The notes: generated by a model from the sequence alone, not told the origin. Shown: positions 9,416-19,425, numbered from the stretch's first letter. The stretch is DNA of 64,000 bases from an uncultured virus (IMG/VR IMGVR_UViG_3300030085_002643) (IMGVR_UViG_3300030085_002643); one strand, 5' to 3'. Translations and numbers: made by a program.

Positions 9416-10471
9416 ATGCCTTTCGCTCCAAACCCTGTTACCACTGAACAACTGGTCAATGCTTTGACGGATCTTTATGGTTCAGAAGTTAACACTCCTC
9501 AGGTTCGCAGCACTGCAGATTCTCTAAAAGTATCTTACGCTACTGCTTGCAAACGCCTGAAGTCATATAAATCTGGTAAGGGCAAATGGAATCTCACTGC
9601 CCAAGAAATCGAACGTGCTTATGAAGCACCTTCTGCACAACCCGCTACCGAAGTCTCTTACGTTCCTGAAAAAGATGATACCTTCGTCCAGTTTGGCAAC
9701 TATGCTCCTCTTAAAAAGATTGTTCAGTCCAATCGTTTTTATCCAGTCTTCATCACAGGTCTTTCTGGAAACGGCAAAACTCTATCCGTTGAGCAAGTCT
9801 GTGCCGCAACAAACAGAGAACTGATCCGTGTCAACATCACAATCGAAACAGACGAAGACGATCTTATTGGTGGTTTCCGTCTTGTCAATGGCGATACTGT
9901 TTGGCACAATGGTCCTGTCATCGAAGCTTTGGAGAGGGGAGCTGTACTTCTTCTAGATGAGATTGATCTTGCTAGCAATAAGATTCTTTGCCTTCAGTCA
10001 ATTCTAGAAGGAAAGGGTGTATTCTTGAAGAAAATCGGAAAATACATCAATCCAAAGGAAGGTTTTAATGTTATTGCAACTGCAAATACTAAAGGTAAAG
10101 GCTCTGATGACGGTCGTTTTGTTGGAACTAATGTTCTTAATGAAGCTTTCCTTGAGCGATTCCCAGTTACGTTTGAACAGGAGTATCCCTCCGCTGCCAT
10201 TGAAACTAAGATTCTATTGAATGCAGGAATCAATCAGGACTTCTCTGAAAAACTTGTCAGGTGGGCAGGTGTCATTCGTAAGACTTTCTTTGATGGTGGT
10301 GTTGATGAAGTAATTACCACACGTCGTTTGGTTCACATTGCTGACGCATATAGTATCTTTGGTGAGCGTATTTCAGCAATCAAATACTGCATCAATCGCT
10401 TTGATGAAGATACAAAGCAGTCCTTCATGGATCTGTACACTAAAGTTGATGCTGATGAAGACATGGAATGA
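9416..10471 (+). CDS. cobS: CobS-like MoxR AAA+ ATPase
   Basis: GLSGNGKT Walker A, LLLDEID Walker B, TANTKGKG, NEAFLERF. Confidence 0.93.
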   Translation: MPFAPNPVTTEQLVNALTDLYGSEVNTPQVRSTADSLKVSYATACKRLKSYKSGKGKWNLTAQEIERAYEAPSAQPATEVSYVPEKDDTFVQFGNYAPLKKIVQSNRFYPVFITGLSGNGKTLSVEQVCAATNRELIRVNITIETDEDDLIGGFRLVNGDTVWHNGPVIEALERGAVLLLDEIDLASNKILCLQSILEGKGVFLKKIGKYINPKEGFNVIATANTKGKGSDDGRFVGTNVLNEAFLERFPVTFEQEYPSAAIETKILLNAGINQDFSEKLVRWAGVIRKTFFDGGVDEVITTRRLVHIADAYSIFGERISAIKYCINRFDEDTKQSFMDLYTKVDADEDME

Positions 10472-10514
10472 ACTATGTGGGAGTAGAAATACTCCCTCTT
10501 ACTATCCTTTTCTT

Positions 10515-11075
10515 ATGTTCGATCCATCTCAATATGTTTCTTGGGATGATGTTGATGAATGTTTGTATAGGACTGATATGAAATGGGAACTTATCAGTCC
10601 TGATGGTATAAAAGATGAAGTTCCCACTTTTACATCTGCCTGGTATGGTGATTATCAGGAGACTCGTTACATCACACACAAAATCAAAAAAGGATATGGT
10701 TTTGTAATTACTAAGTATGGTCGTTACAATAAACGTACAAATGATTTGTGTCGTGAAATCGAAAACACTCTTGACGTAACATCTGACCTGCATATCTATG
10801 GAGGTCATACTGGTTCTCATTCTTTCAAACCTCACAAAGATGAAACAGAAAACATCATCATACAAGTTGAAGGGAATACTCCTTGGATGGTATTTGATGA
10901 TGAATTTAATCCACAACTTAATGTCACCTTATATCCTGGTGATGCAATCTTTATACCAAAAGGATGGTATCACCAAGCAAAACCTTCTAACACACGTTTA
11001 TCGATGAGTATTGCTATGTTCGATAAATCTAGAATTACTATTGACAGAGACCACTTGACTCTCAATCCAAATTGA
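10515..11075 (+). CDS. JmjC/cupin 2OG-Fe(II) oxygenase
   Basis: SFKPHKD (HxD), IIIQVEG, PGDAIFIPKGWYHQA; start codon uncertain. Confidence 0.85.
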   Translation: MFDPSQYVSWDDVDECLYRTDMKWELISPDGIKDEVPTFTSAWYGDYQETRYITHKIKKGYGFVITKYGRYNKRTNDLCREIENTLDVTSDLHIYGGHTGSHSFKPHKDETENIIIQVEGNTPWMVFDDEFNPQLNVTLYPGDAIFIPKGWYHQAKPSNTRLSMSIAMFDKSRITIDRDHLTLNPN

Positions 11076-11083
11076 TCTATACT
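11055..11083 (+). promoter_or_regulatory. Sigma70-like promoter
   Basis: TTGACT-17-TATACT. Confidence 0.6.
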
Positions 11084-11105
11084 ACTAAAAAGTTCCACCT
11101 TTATT

Positions 11106-11384
11106 ATGAAGTACAATGAAGAGGAGTTACTAAAAGAACTCCGAGACTATATCATTGGCACATACAATCAGCACTATGCTACTGATAAGATTCAGACACT
11201 AGATCTGATTGATGCCTGTGGAGACGCTGAAGCATTCTGTAGGAGTAATATCCTGAAGTATGCATCTCGATATGACAAGAAAGGAACTGCCCGTCGTGAC
11301 ATCATCAAGATCTTGCACTACGGACTTCTCCTTCTTTATTTCAGCGACAAATCTGCACCCCCTACTGAAGCGTACCCTCAATGA
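11106..11384 (+). CDS. DUF3310-like conserved phage protein
   Basis: HY...IQTLDLI...FCRSNILKYASRYDKK...DIIKILHY pattern. Confidence 0.8.
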   Translation: MKYNEEELLKELRDYIIGTYNQHYATDKIQTLDLIDACGDAEAFCRSNILKYASRYDKKGTARRDIIKILHYGLLLLYFSDKSAPPTEAYPQ

Positions 11385-12040
11385 CCGTAATCTCTCGTCC
11401 AACAATTGAAATCCTTAAGAACTTCTGTTCTATCAATAAATCCATTGTCATCAAACCTGGTAATAAACTCGCTACACTTAGCATAAATAAGAACATCCTT
11501 GCCATCGCTGAGGTTGATGAGCAGTTTGAGTCGCAGATTTCCATCTATGACCTTGGTGTATTCCTTGGTGGTCTGTCTCTATTTGATCAACCTAAGATTG
11601 ATACTACACAATCCAACTATGTAACAGTTAGCGATCAAACTGGTCGCTCAAAGACTCGATATTTTTACGCAGACCCTGATATCATCACTCAGGCACCAGA
11701 GAAAGAAATTTCTCTTCCCTCAATTGATGTTAAGTTCCGTCTTGAGGCAGGTGTTTTGCAGCAACTTCAACGTGCTGCTAGTGTGTATCAACTACCAGAT
11801 CTTTGTCTTTATGGAACTGATGGTGTAATGAATCTGTGTGTAACAGATAAAAAGAACGATACATCAAATAGTTACTCTGTTGAAGTCGGAACTACAGAAG
11901 ATTCATTCTGTTTCTGCTTCAAGGTAGAGAATCTTCGTCTTCTTCCTGGTGATTACAATGTATCTCTCAGTAAGAAGAATGTTGCTATGTTCCAAGGCGA
12001 TGGAATCAAATATTATATTGCTCTAGAACCTAACAACTAA
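11381..12040 (+). CDS. gp45: Sliding clamp gp45
   Basis: ILKNFCSINKSI, IYDLGVFL, YYIALEP; synteny. Confidence 0.95.
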   Translation: MTVISRPTIEILKNFCSINKSIVIKPGNKLATLSINKNILAIAEVDEQFESQISIYDLGVFLGGLSLFDQPKIDTTQSNYVTVSDQTGRSKTRYFYADPDIITQAPEKEISLPSIDVKFRLEAGVLQQLQRAASVYQLPDLCLYGTDGVMNLCVTDKKNDTSNSYSVEVGTTEDSFCFCFKVENLRLLPGDYNVSLSKKNVAMFQGDGIKYYIALEPNN

Positions 12041-12044
12041 TCCA

Positions 12045-12386
12045 ATGAAACACATCTTATTTACACTGAAGGGGTGTCCCTTCTCTTTGTGTGATGATGA
12101 GTCCCATATTCGCAACATGCTAGTCAATGCTGCTACAATGGGTAGGTGTACATTGTTAGATGTGTCATCCCATAAGTTCGATCCTTATGGTGTAACTGCC
12201 ATCGCCCTTCTTGCCGAATCACACATTAGTATTCATACTTGGCCAGAGAAGTGTATGGCAGTCTGTGATGTTTTTACTTGTGGTGAAAACAATCTTCCTG
12301 ACTCTGCAGCACATTACATGTTTGAACGCATGGAAGCAACAGACTGGGAAGGAACTGAAATTAATAGGAAACTAGATGATGAATGA
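12045..12386 (+). CDS. speD: S-adenosylmethionine decarboxylase proenzyme (pyruvoyl type)
   Basis: F.PYGVT...LAESHISIHTWPE...CDVFTCG signature. Confidence 0.92.
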   Translation: MKHILFTLKGCPFSLCDDESHIRNMLVNAATMGRCTLLDVSSHKFDPYGVTAIALLAESHISIHTWPEKCMAVCDVFTCGENNLPDSAAHYMFERMEATDWEGTEINRKLDDE

Positions 12387-13305
12387 TTTTTTGTGGGTTG
12401 AAAAGTATCGTCCTCAGAAAGTGGACGAATGCATTCTACCCGAATCTGTGAAGAATACCTTCCAGAGTTTTCTTGAACAGGGTGAGATTCCTAATCTCCT
12501 TCTGTCTGGAACTGCTGGTGTTGGTAAAACTACTATTGCTAAAGCACTCTGTCACGAACTGGGAGCAGACTACTATGTTATCAATGGATCTGATGAAGGT
12601 CGATTCCTGGACACTGTACGCAATCAGGCANNNNNNNNNNTCACTTCTTCTAGTAAGCACAAAGTTCTTATCATCGATGAGGCAGACAATACAACGCCTG
12701 ATGTTCAACTTCTACTCCGTGCTTCGATTGAGGAGTTTCAAAAGAACTGTCGATTCATCTTTACTTGTAACTTCAAAAACAAGATCATCGAGCCGCTACA
12801 TAGTAGGACGACTGTCGTAGAATTCAATGTTCGTGGAGCAGCTAAGCAAGAGTTGGCGGGCGCTTTCTTCAATCGCTGCCGAGATATCCTCCAACGCGAG
12901 GAGGTCACCTTCCAACCTAGAGTTGTTGCAGAAGTCATTCAGAAATACTTCCCTGACTTCCGAAGAACCCTCAATGAGTTGCAGCGATACGCAAGCACTG
13001 GGTCTATTGACACTGGCATTCTGGCGACGTTAGGGGATGCTAATATCGACTCTTTGGTTGATAGTCTAAAGAATAAAAAGTTTAATGATGTGAAGAAGTG
13101 GGTCACACAGAATCTTGATTCTGATCCTGCTTCCATCATGCGTAAACTCTATGATAATTTGTCTAGCGTTATGGAGGGTCCTAGTATTGCAGCAGCAGTT
13201 TTGATTATTGCTGAATATCAATACAAGTCTGCATTCGTTGTAGATCAAGAGATCAACCTTCTTGCCTGTTTAACTCAACTAATGCTGGAGTGTAATTTCA
13301 AATGA
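12376..13305 (+). CDS. gp44: Clamp loader large subunit gp44 (contains N gap)
   Basis: LWVEKYRP, GTAGVGKTT, IIDEAD, PLHSR. Confidence 0.96.
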   Translation: MMNDFLWVEKYRPQKVDECILPESVKNTFQSFLEQGEIPNLLLSGTAGVGKTTIAKALCHELGADYYVINGSDEGRFLDTVRNQAXXXXTSSSKHKVLIIDEADNTTPDVQLLLRASIEEFQKNCRFIFTCNFKNKIIEPLHSRTTVVEFNVRGAAKQELAGAFFNRCRDILQREEVTFQPRVVAEVIQKYFPDFRRTLNELQRYASTGSIDTGILATLGDANIDSLVDSLKNKKFNDVKKWVTQNLDSDPASIMRKLYDNLSSVMEGPSIAAAVLIIAEYQYKSAFVVDQEINLLACLTQLMLECNFK

Positions 13306-13538
13306 ACGCAGTAATTTATTCTAATGGAAGTCAAGAGTGTGAGCGTATGGCATCGCTACTTAAGTCTTTGGGCGGTGAGTTTCATGAGTATAAATTAGAT
13401 CAGCACTTCACCAAACAACAATTTCAAATGGAATTTGGTGGAGATGCACATTATCCTCAATGTGCCATTGGTAACAAACACATTGGTGACCTGAAAGAAA
13501 CTCTCAAATATCTTAGTGACAGAGGTATGTTGTTATGA
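13302..13538 (+). CDS. Glutaredoxin-like protein lacking a full CxxC
   Basis: SQEC in place of CPYC; YPQ...HIG fold motifs. Confidence 0.7.
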   Translation: MNAVIYSNGSQECERMASLLKSLGGEFHEYKLDQHFTKQQFQMEFGGDAHYPQCAIGNKHIGDLKETLKYLSDRGMLL

Positions 13539-13681
13539 AAATTTTTCAAGTGAAATCTAGTTGGTATTATATCTTCTGGGGTATCGCAACTATTGCAGTT
13601 GTTGGAGGACAGATCTATATTGGATCTGGATATCGTGCAATGTCAGAATCAATTGATTCAGTAGTGGAGCAATTAAAGTAA
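13535..13681 (+). CDS. Small membrane protein (48 aa; not in ORF track)
   Basis: MKIFQVKSSWYYIFWGIATIAVVGGQIYIGSGYRAMSESIDSVVEQLK; overlaps both neighbours. Confidence 0.7.
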   Translation: MKIFQVKSSWYYIFWGIATIAVVGGQIYIGSGYRAMSESIDSVVEQLK

Positions 13682-13974
13682 TGGACGTAAAACTTATTAG
13701 AATGGTTACAGGCGAAGAACTTGTCGCTGAAGTTCTTGGTTGGCAAGATGGTATTCTCACTATTCAGAATGCACTAGTTGTTATTCCTCAACAAAATCAA
13801 GTTGGGTTTGCTCAATGGGCATCAGTTATTGATCAGGAAAATCCTGAGATTGGTCTTGATATGAAGCATGTCATTTATTGTGTTGAATGTGCTCCCGATG
13901 TAGTCAAGCAGTATGCTAAACTATTTGGTAATAACATCATCACCACTCCAGAAGAAAAGAAACTGATTCTATGA
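13681..13974 (+). CDS. Conserved hypothetical protein (possible Sm-like fold)
   Basis: VKLIRMVTGEELVAE motif. Confidence 0.75.
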   Translation: MDVKLIRMVTGEELVAEVLGWQDGILTIQNALVVIPQQNQVGFAQWASVIDQENPEIGLDMKHVIYCVECAPDVVKQYAKLFGNNIITTPEEKKLIL

Positions 13975-14798
13975 CCGCTCTGAAAACTCCACTTCGTTAT
14001 CCTGGTGGTAAGTCTCGTGCCACTAAAAAAATGGCAGAGTTTTTCCCCCTGTTCAAAGACTATAAAGAATTTCGTGAACCTTTCCTTGGTGGAGGTTCTG
14101 TAGCATTGTACATTACACAGATGTATCCTCACCTAGATATCTGGGTGAATGATCTGTATGAACCGCTCTACACGTTCTGGAAGCAACTCCAGTTGAATGG
14201 AAATGAAATTAAGAACCAACTGCTCCAACTTAAACAAAGGCACCCTGACCCCAGTTCGGCAAAATATCTTTTCTTGGAGTCTAAAGAGTATCTCGGGAAA
14301 GACCCCCGNNNNNNNNNNGCTCGTGCTGTCAGTTTCTATATTGTTAACAAGTGCTCTTTTTCTGGTCTCTCTGAGTCCTCATCCTTTAGCAGGCAGGCGT
14401 CCGACTCGAACTTTAGTTTGCGAGGAATCGAAAAACTCCCATACTATTCCCAACTCATCAGAAAGTGGAACATCACTAACCTGTCGTATGAGCAACTACT
14501 AACTGATGAGAAAGATATCTTCGTATATCTAGATCCTCCTTACGATATCAAGTCAAACTTGTATGGTAAGAAAGGTGGAATGCATAAAGGATTCGACCAC
14601 GATCGATTTTATTTTGATTGTGATAAATTCAAGTGCGATCAAATGGTTTCCTACAACTCTTCCAATCTAATTAAATCTAGATTTCTTAACTGGAGACCCT
14701 ATGAATATGATCACACATACACGATGAGATCAGTAGGTGAATATATGAAAGATCAACAAACACGAAAGGAACTATTACTTCTCAACTACGAGGTATGA
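13971..14798 (+). CDS. dam: DNA adenine methyltransferase (Dam family; contains N gap)
   Basis: LRYPGGKS, EPFLGGGS, YLDPPY. Confidence 0.93.
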   Translation: MTALKTPLRYPGGKSRATKKMAEFFPLFKDYKEFREPFLGGGSVALYITQMYPHLDIWVNDLYEPLYTFWKQLQLNGNEIKNQLLQLKQRHPDPSSAKYLFLESKEYLGKDPXXXXARAVSFYIVNKCSFSGLSESSSFSRQASDSNFSLRGIEKLPYYSQLIRKWNITNLSYEQLLTDEKDIFVYLDPPYDIKSNLYGKKGGMHKGFDHDRFYFDCDKFKCDQMVSYNSSNLIKSRFLNWRPYEYDHTYTMRSVGEYMKDQQTRKELLLLNYEV

Positions 14799-15394
14799 AT
14801 AAACAACTACTGGAAAATAATTATATTATTGTACCAGGATTTATTCCTGCTGGCGAAGCACTGGATATAGCACAACGCTTTAGAGAAGAAGATGCTATTT
14901 GGAATTATCCTGGTGATGATCAGGCACCAAACTCTGCATCCAAATATAATCAAAAACATGCATTAGAAATTCTTTGCAATCAAACACTGCAAGTTTCTAA
15001 TGTTCTTGGTACATATGTGTTGCCCTCATATTGTTATTCACGCATCTACAGAAAAGATAGTGTCTTAGCAAGACATATGGATCGCCCATCATGTGAGATC
15101 TCAGTTACTCTACATTTGGATGGTGATGTACCATGGACCATTTATATTGAAAACTCTAAAGGAGAACCTCAATCAGTAATGCTGGGTCCTGGTGATGCTA
15201 TGATATATCTTGGATGTATCGCACCACATTGGAGAGATCGTTTCTTCGGTAAGGAATATGTTCAGGCATTCTTGCATTATGTTAGAAGCGATGGTTGCAT
15301 GTTAGATAATTATTTTGATAAGATGAGAGATATGAATGTAGATTCCATAGGACTTAAAGAAACTCTTATTCAAGAATACGATGCCTTACGATGA
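14795..15394 (+). CDS. 2OG-Fe(II) oxygenase
   Basis: YSRIY...LARHMDRPSCEISVT, PGDAMIYLG...HWR, QAFLHY. Confidence 0.85.
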   Translation: MNKQLLENNYIIVPGFIPAGEALDIAQRFREEDAIWNYPGDDQAPNSASKYNQKHALEILCNQTLQVSNVLGTYVLPSYCYSRIYRKDSVLARHMDRPSCEISVTLHLDGDVPWTIYIENSKGEPQSVMLGPGDAMIYLGCIAPHWRDRFFGKEYVQAFLHYVRSDGCMLDNYFDKMRDMNVDSIGLKETLIQEYDALR

Positions 15395-15782
15395 ACGCTA
15401 TCCTCTAAAGGATTATTTGAACACAATTAATCAGACTAAGAAGAATCTCATGGAGGATGATGATCCTGCATGGGAAAAGAATTATCCTTCTTATGTCATA
15501 AACAAGTGCATGTCTCAACACATGGACACAATCATGATTGCAAATGAGATGAATCAGTATCAACATCTCGACAAGAAATTGCAATACGATTTCTTTATAA
15601 ATATCGTGAGACCCCGTAAGAGATTTTCTCCTTGGGGTAAGAAACAAAAGGTTGATGATCTTGAACTTGTAAAGCAATACTATGGATACTCCAATGAAAA
15701 AGCAAAGCAAGCACTTAGGATACTTACACCTACACAACTCGATGTCATTAGAACCAAATTGAATAAAGGGGGTAAGAAATGA
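15381..15782 (+). CDS. gp62: Clamp loader small subunit gp62
   Basis: ANEMN, LQYDF, RKRFSPW, VKQYYGYSNEKA. Confidence 0.93.
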   Translation: MPYDERYPLKDYLNTINQTKKNLMEDDDPAWEKNYPSYVINKCMSQHMDTIMIANEMNQYQHLDKKLQYDFFINIVRPRKRFSPWGKKQKVDDLELVKQYYGYSNEKAKQALRILTPTQLDVIRTKLNKGGKK

Positions 15783-16207
15783 ATGAAGTTAAGGAGGTCC
15801 ATTGGACTAAAGATGATATGATTGAAGTGAGTCTGAAAGAACCAGACGACTTTCTCAAAGTGCGTGAAACCCTTACCCGTATCGGTGTGGCATCACGAAA
15901 AGAGAAAAAGTTATATCAGTCTTGCCATATTCTTCACAAGAAAGGTCAGTATTACATTGTACACTTCAAAGAGTTATTTGCGCTTGATGGAAAGAAAGCA
16001 AATCTTTCTGAGAACGATGTTCAGCGTAGGAATAGAATCATCAAACTATTGTCTGACTGGGGTCTTGTAGAAATTGTAAACGAAACTCTGATCAAAGAGG
16101 CAGCGCCACTTAGTCAGATCAAAGTCATCGCATATAAAGAAAAGGGTGATTGGACTCTTGAGTCTAAGTATAATATTGGAAAGAAAAGGCAAGTTTCAGA
16201 ATCATAA
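15779..16207 (+). CDS. regA: Translational repressor RegA
   Basis: PDDFLKVRETLTRIG, LYQSCHILHK, IVHFKELF. Confidence 0.97.
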   Translation: MNEVKEVHWTKDDMIEVSLKEPDDFLKVRETLTRIGVASRKEKKLYQSCHILHKKGQYYIVHFKELFALDGKKANLSENDVQRRNRIIKLLSDWGLVEIVNETLIKEAAPLSQIKVIAYKEKGDWTLESKYNIGKKRQVSES

Positions 16208-16233
16208 ATAGAGCTGCCATGCTTTGTTGATAT

Positions 16234-16656
16234 ATGCCAGAAGAAGTAAAAAAGAAAGAAGAACCTAAAAAGAAAGGTATTCTCAGTAAACTCAAAGAGG
16301 CATCTGAAGACAAAGAAGAACAGTTGGCAATTCTGTCTACATTTGTAAGACTGGGAATCTTAGTATGGTCTGGTGGTATTCTCACCTTGGCATATGTAGA
16401 TTTGCCCAAGGCACTTCAGTTCCCTGAACAAGATCTCGATCCGACATTCATAGCCTCGGTCTTTACTGGGGTTTTAGCTACGTTCGGAGTCCAAACTGCG
16501 AAAGGTAAGAATGGTAATGGTAATGGTGGCGGCGGGATCAGTAAAGAAGATATGGAGAGATTGATTGCTGCAGCAAAAGAAACTGCACCTGCTCAAACAA
16601 TTAGAATTGAACAGGCACCAATCAAAATCTCTACAGATGACACTTACAAATTATAA
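16234..16656 (+). CDS. Hypothetical membrane protein (two hydrophobic segments)
   Basis: Hydrophobic helices; DPTFIASVFTGVLATFG; CATAAATA late-promoter-like element at 16203-16210. Confidence 0.8.
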   Translation: MPEEVKKKEEPKKKGILSKLKEASEDKEEQLAILSTFVRLGILVWSGGILTLAYVDLPKALQFPEQDLDPTFIASVFTGVLATFGVQTAKGKNGNGNGGGGISKEDMERLIAAAKETAPAQTIRIEQAPIKISTDDTYKL

Positions 16657-16658
16657 CC

Positions 16659-16901
16659 ATGCAAAAAATTATTAACGTACTTGCAGTGCTCTCCTTCGTC
16701 GGTGTTTCAGGCATCGTCGGTGGTGGAGCATATGTTTATTTCCAAAGAGATGCACTGATCGAATCCGCTAAGGAGAAGATCGCTGCAGCGGCAGCAGAGG
16801 CGCTTACAGGAGCACTTCCTGGCATGTTAGATAGCGCAGTTCCTTCAGCTATGCCTGAGGCGACAAGTCTGCCTGTTCCCGTTAAACTACCAGGATTATG
16901 A
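16659..16901 (+). CDS. Hypothetical N-terminally anchored membrane protein
   Basis: N-terminal TM segment, Ala/Pro-rich tail. Confidence 0.75.
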   Translation: MQKIINVLAVLSFVGVSGIVGGGAYVYFQRDALIESAKEKIAAAAAEALTGALPGMLDSAVPSAMPEATSLPVPVKLPGL

Positions 16902-17458
16902 AACCCCTACATTGGTTTGCAGGTGGGCTCGGTGTCATTCTTGGCATTGGGCACATTGGCATGATTGGGATGATTGCTGGACGCAATACGTTTCCAACCA
17001 TCAATCCACCTGTAGGTGAATATTCATCTTATACCGCAAAGGTTGGTCGTGATGGATATGAGATTGATTACAAAGGCAACGATCCTAAAACCATGGAGGT
17101 TGAGAAGTTTGTCGATAAGAAGAATGGATTCTTCGGTATCGGTGGTAAATCTGTTGTAACCTTCAGAGAAGAATATACTATGGATGGTCAACGCCATCTA
17201 GGAGGGAACGGCGAGGGAAAGTTAACCGCTGCCAACGTCGCATGTATCAAAGCGGCGGGAGGTGGCGAACAGACTGGTCGTGTCGTCGGCGCTAGCATGG
17301 GTGCAGCAGCTGCTCCTGCTGTTATGGGTGTGCCGTTTGTAGGACCCGTTCTAGGCGGTCTGGTTGCTATCTTCGCATCTGATAAGGGTGCTGAGGTTGG
17401 TGGTGAAATTGCTACTGAACTAAGTGAGGACTGCGAGGATGGAGATACCAAAGATTAA
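16898..17458 (+). CDS. Hypothetical membrane protein with C-terminal glycine-zipper region
   Basis: N-terminal TM; GRVVGASMGAAAAP...GPVLGG repeats flanked by two Cys. Confidence 0.75.
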   Translation: MKPLHWFAGGLGVILGIGHIGMIGMIAGRNTFPTINPPVGEYSSYTAKVGRDGYEIDYKGNDPKTMEVEKFVDKKNGFFGIGGKSVVTFREEYTMDGQRHLGGNGEGKLTAANVACIKAAGGGEQTGRVVGASMGAAAAPAVMGVPFVGPVLGGLVAIFASDKGAEVGGEIATELSEDCEDGDTKD

Positions 17459-18224
17459 TATACCCCGTAGGGATATTGGTGTTCAACCGATCCCTAGGGT
17501 ATATACACCTGAGTGGTTGAAGGAAGCACCTAATGTTATTCCTCCAACACCACCAGTGACTAGTCAACTTGGTGTGCCTATCATCAATATGCCTGGTTGT
17601 GTTCAGGCACATGAACAGAATAGTGGTAGAGAGAAGAGTGGTATTCTTTCTGCAGATGATCCTAAAGGTGTAAAGACCTTTTGTGATTCTGGTATGCCAT
17701 CATTCAATCCTATTGACTATGATAAAGATAAAATTAAATGGGAACAGGAGAAGGTAGAACCTCCGAAACTTAAACCTCCAGAGAAACCAGAGACTAAAAC
17801 ACCAGAGGTTCCAAAAAAATTACCAGAGAAACCAAAGTGTCCTACTGAAGTGCAGAAACTAGAAGCACCTGTAGGTACACTGACTGATGCTGGTAAGAAA
17901 AAAATTGTAGAATATAAACTGATTGAAAAGCAGTGTGTTGCAATCAAAGATGATCTGGAGATAGTTGATCAGATTGTTAAAGCAGTTCCATCAGTAGGAC
18001 AGGTTACAACTACAGCAGGTATTACTATCATTGCAACTGCTGCAGCAACTGCAACACCATTCTTATTGAAAGTTGTTAAACCTATCGTTAAACAGATAAT
18101 CAAAAAGATCAAGAAGGCACTAGGAAAAGAACCTCCTAAGTTATCTGCTAACGAGATTCGTGCTAATAAGTATAGAGAAAAGAAAGGGTTGCCTGAACTC
18201 AAGCAACCCAAAAAGAAAAAGTAA
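17439..18224 (+). CDS. Hypothetical Pro/Lys-rich protein with C-terminal hydrophobic anchor
   Basis: EPPKLKPPEKPETKTPEVPKK linker, four Cys, hydrophobic stretch then basic tail. Confidence 0.78.
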   Translation: MEIPKINIPRRDIGVQPIPRVYTPEWLKEAPNVIPPTPPVTSQLGVPIINMPGCVQAHEQNSGREKSGILSADDPKGVKTFCDSGMPSFNPIDYDKDKIKWEQEKVEPPKLKPPEKPETKTPEVPKKLPEKPKCPTEVQKLEAPVGTLTDAGKKKIVEYKLIEKQCVAIKDDLEIVDQIVKAVPSVGQVTTTAGITIIATAAATATPFLLKVVKPIVKQIIKKIKKALGKEPPKLSANEIRANKYREKKGLPELKQPKKKK

Positions 18225-19070
18225 TTAAGGTTTACCGATAGACATTGGTAGACCTAAGTCTTTTGCATTAGTAGAAGTTTTTCGGGGAATCGCATGTACA
18301 TGTGGTGCAATAGTATTTTTATTTTGCACTACGACATCTTCACACAGACGATAATAAGGACTCCAAGATGCGAAGGAGATTCCTTTCTGTGCCAACTCAC
18401 CACATCTGGTTAATCTTGTAAGCTCAAACTCTAATCTACGATTAGCAGTCATTTGACTACGCAATTCATTATGATGTTGTGCTGCTTCTTTACAGAGTTC
18501 TTGTTGCTTTCTATCTAACGGCCACGAGATTGTTGCTGAGAATCCTGCGTTCCAATTATAATTGTCTTTTTGCCCTGTTCTGATATCTCGATAGTAGAGA
18601 ATGTCACCTGGGTTGTCAGGAATCCCGTCAGGGATAGGATTGCCATCGTCATCATAATCACCAGTAAGGTCAAGCATGTTATATACAGGGTCAGCATAGT
18701 GACTCTCATAGGGGAACTGCCAGCTATAGCTGCGTGTAACATATGGTGTAACATTGAGTGTTGGTCCTTGGCATTGAATCCCATCACCGTATGCATTGGT
18801 GATATATGGTCCTTGTAAAACCTGGATAGCTTGATTGGTCACTGAGCCAGAGCTATTCGCCACTGGAGCTGCAGTAGCAGACACACCACCAACGGTCTCG
18901 GCATTTACGGGTGCTGCTACAAATAATGCAATTATTGCGTAAAGATACTTGTGGTATCTGTTACGCTTTGAATTTTTGTTGTTCTCTCGATAATTGTATG
19001 GTTCGAGAGACCTGGTGCCATGTAAGATTCTACGAACGAGAATTGTCCGCCAGGAGTTGTTTGACTCCAT
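18225..19070 (-). CDS. Hypothetical secreted protein (start uncertain)
   Basis: Signal-peptide-like YAIIALFVAAPVNA; four Cys; beta-rich. Confidence 0.75.
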   Translation of the reverse strand: MESNNSWRTILVRRILHGTRSLEPYNYRENNKNSKRNRYHKYLYAIIALFVAAPVNAETVGGVSATAAPVANSSGSVTNQAIQVLQGPYITNAYGDGIQCQGPTLNVTPYVTRSYSWQFPYESHYADPVYNMLDLTGDYDDDGNPIPDGIPDNPGDILYYRDIRTGQKDNYNWNAGFSATISWPLDRKQQELCKEAAQHHNELRSQMTANRRLEFELTRLTRCGELAQKGISFASWSPYYRLCEDVVVQNKNTIAPHVHAIPRKTSTNAKDLGLPMSIGKP

Positions 19071-19414
19071 GATGGTCTCGTTCCCATATTCAATCCTGTC
19101 CATGTTGATGATATCCCATTACTATTTCCTGTAGATGCAGGTGCTTGAACACTTTGTGATTGTGTTCCAGAAGGTGTGATACTACCTCCAGAAGGTGAAA
19201 CTCCATGTCCACTTACACTATATGTATATCCAGTGTTATAATCCATGGAATTAATTACCTCGACCACTTCAGATGTGGTCTCTGTGTGAGTCGTCATTTG
19301 GCCCTGCTGAAAATTTGGGACCACGGGGACCGCCTGGACAGCGGCAGCAGTAGTCAAGACTGCCACCGCACTTGTCGCAGTAGATATGAAGGTCTTTCCA
19401 GAAAGGATGCTCAC
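18932..19414 (-). CDS. Hypothetical secreted Ser/Thr-rich beta protein
   Basis: Signal-like AVAVLTTAAAVQA followed by VPVVPNF. Confidence 0.8.
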   Translation of the reverse strand: MSILSGKTFISTATSAVAVLTTAAAVQAVPVVPNFQQGQMTTHTETTSEVVEVINSMDYNTGYTYSVSGHGVSPSGGSITPSGTQSQSVQAPASTGNSNGISSTWTGLNMGTRPSWSQTTPGGQFSFVESYMAPGLSNHTIIERTTKIQSVTDTTSIFTQ

Positions 19415-19425
19415 GAGGATTCTCC

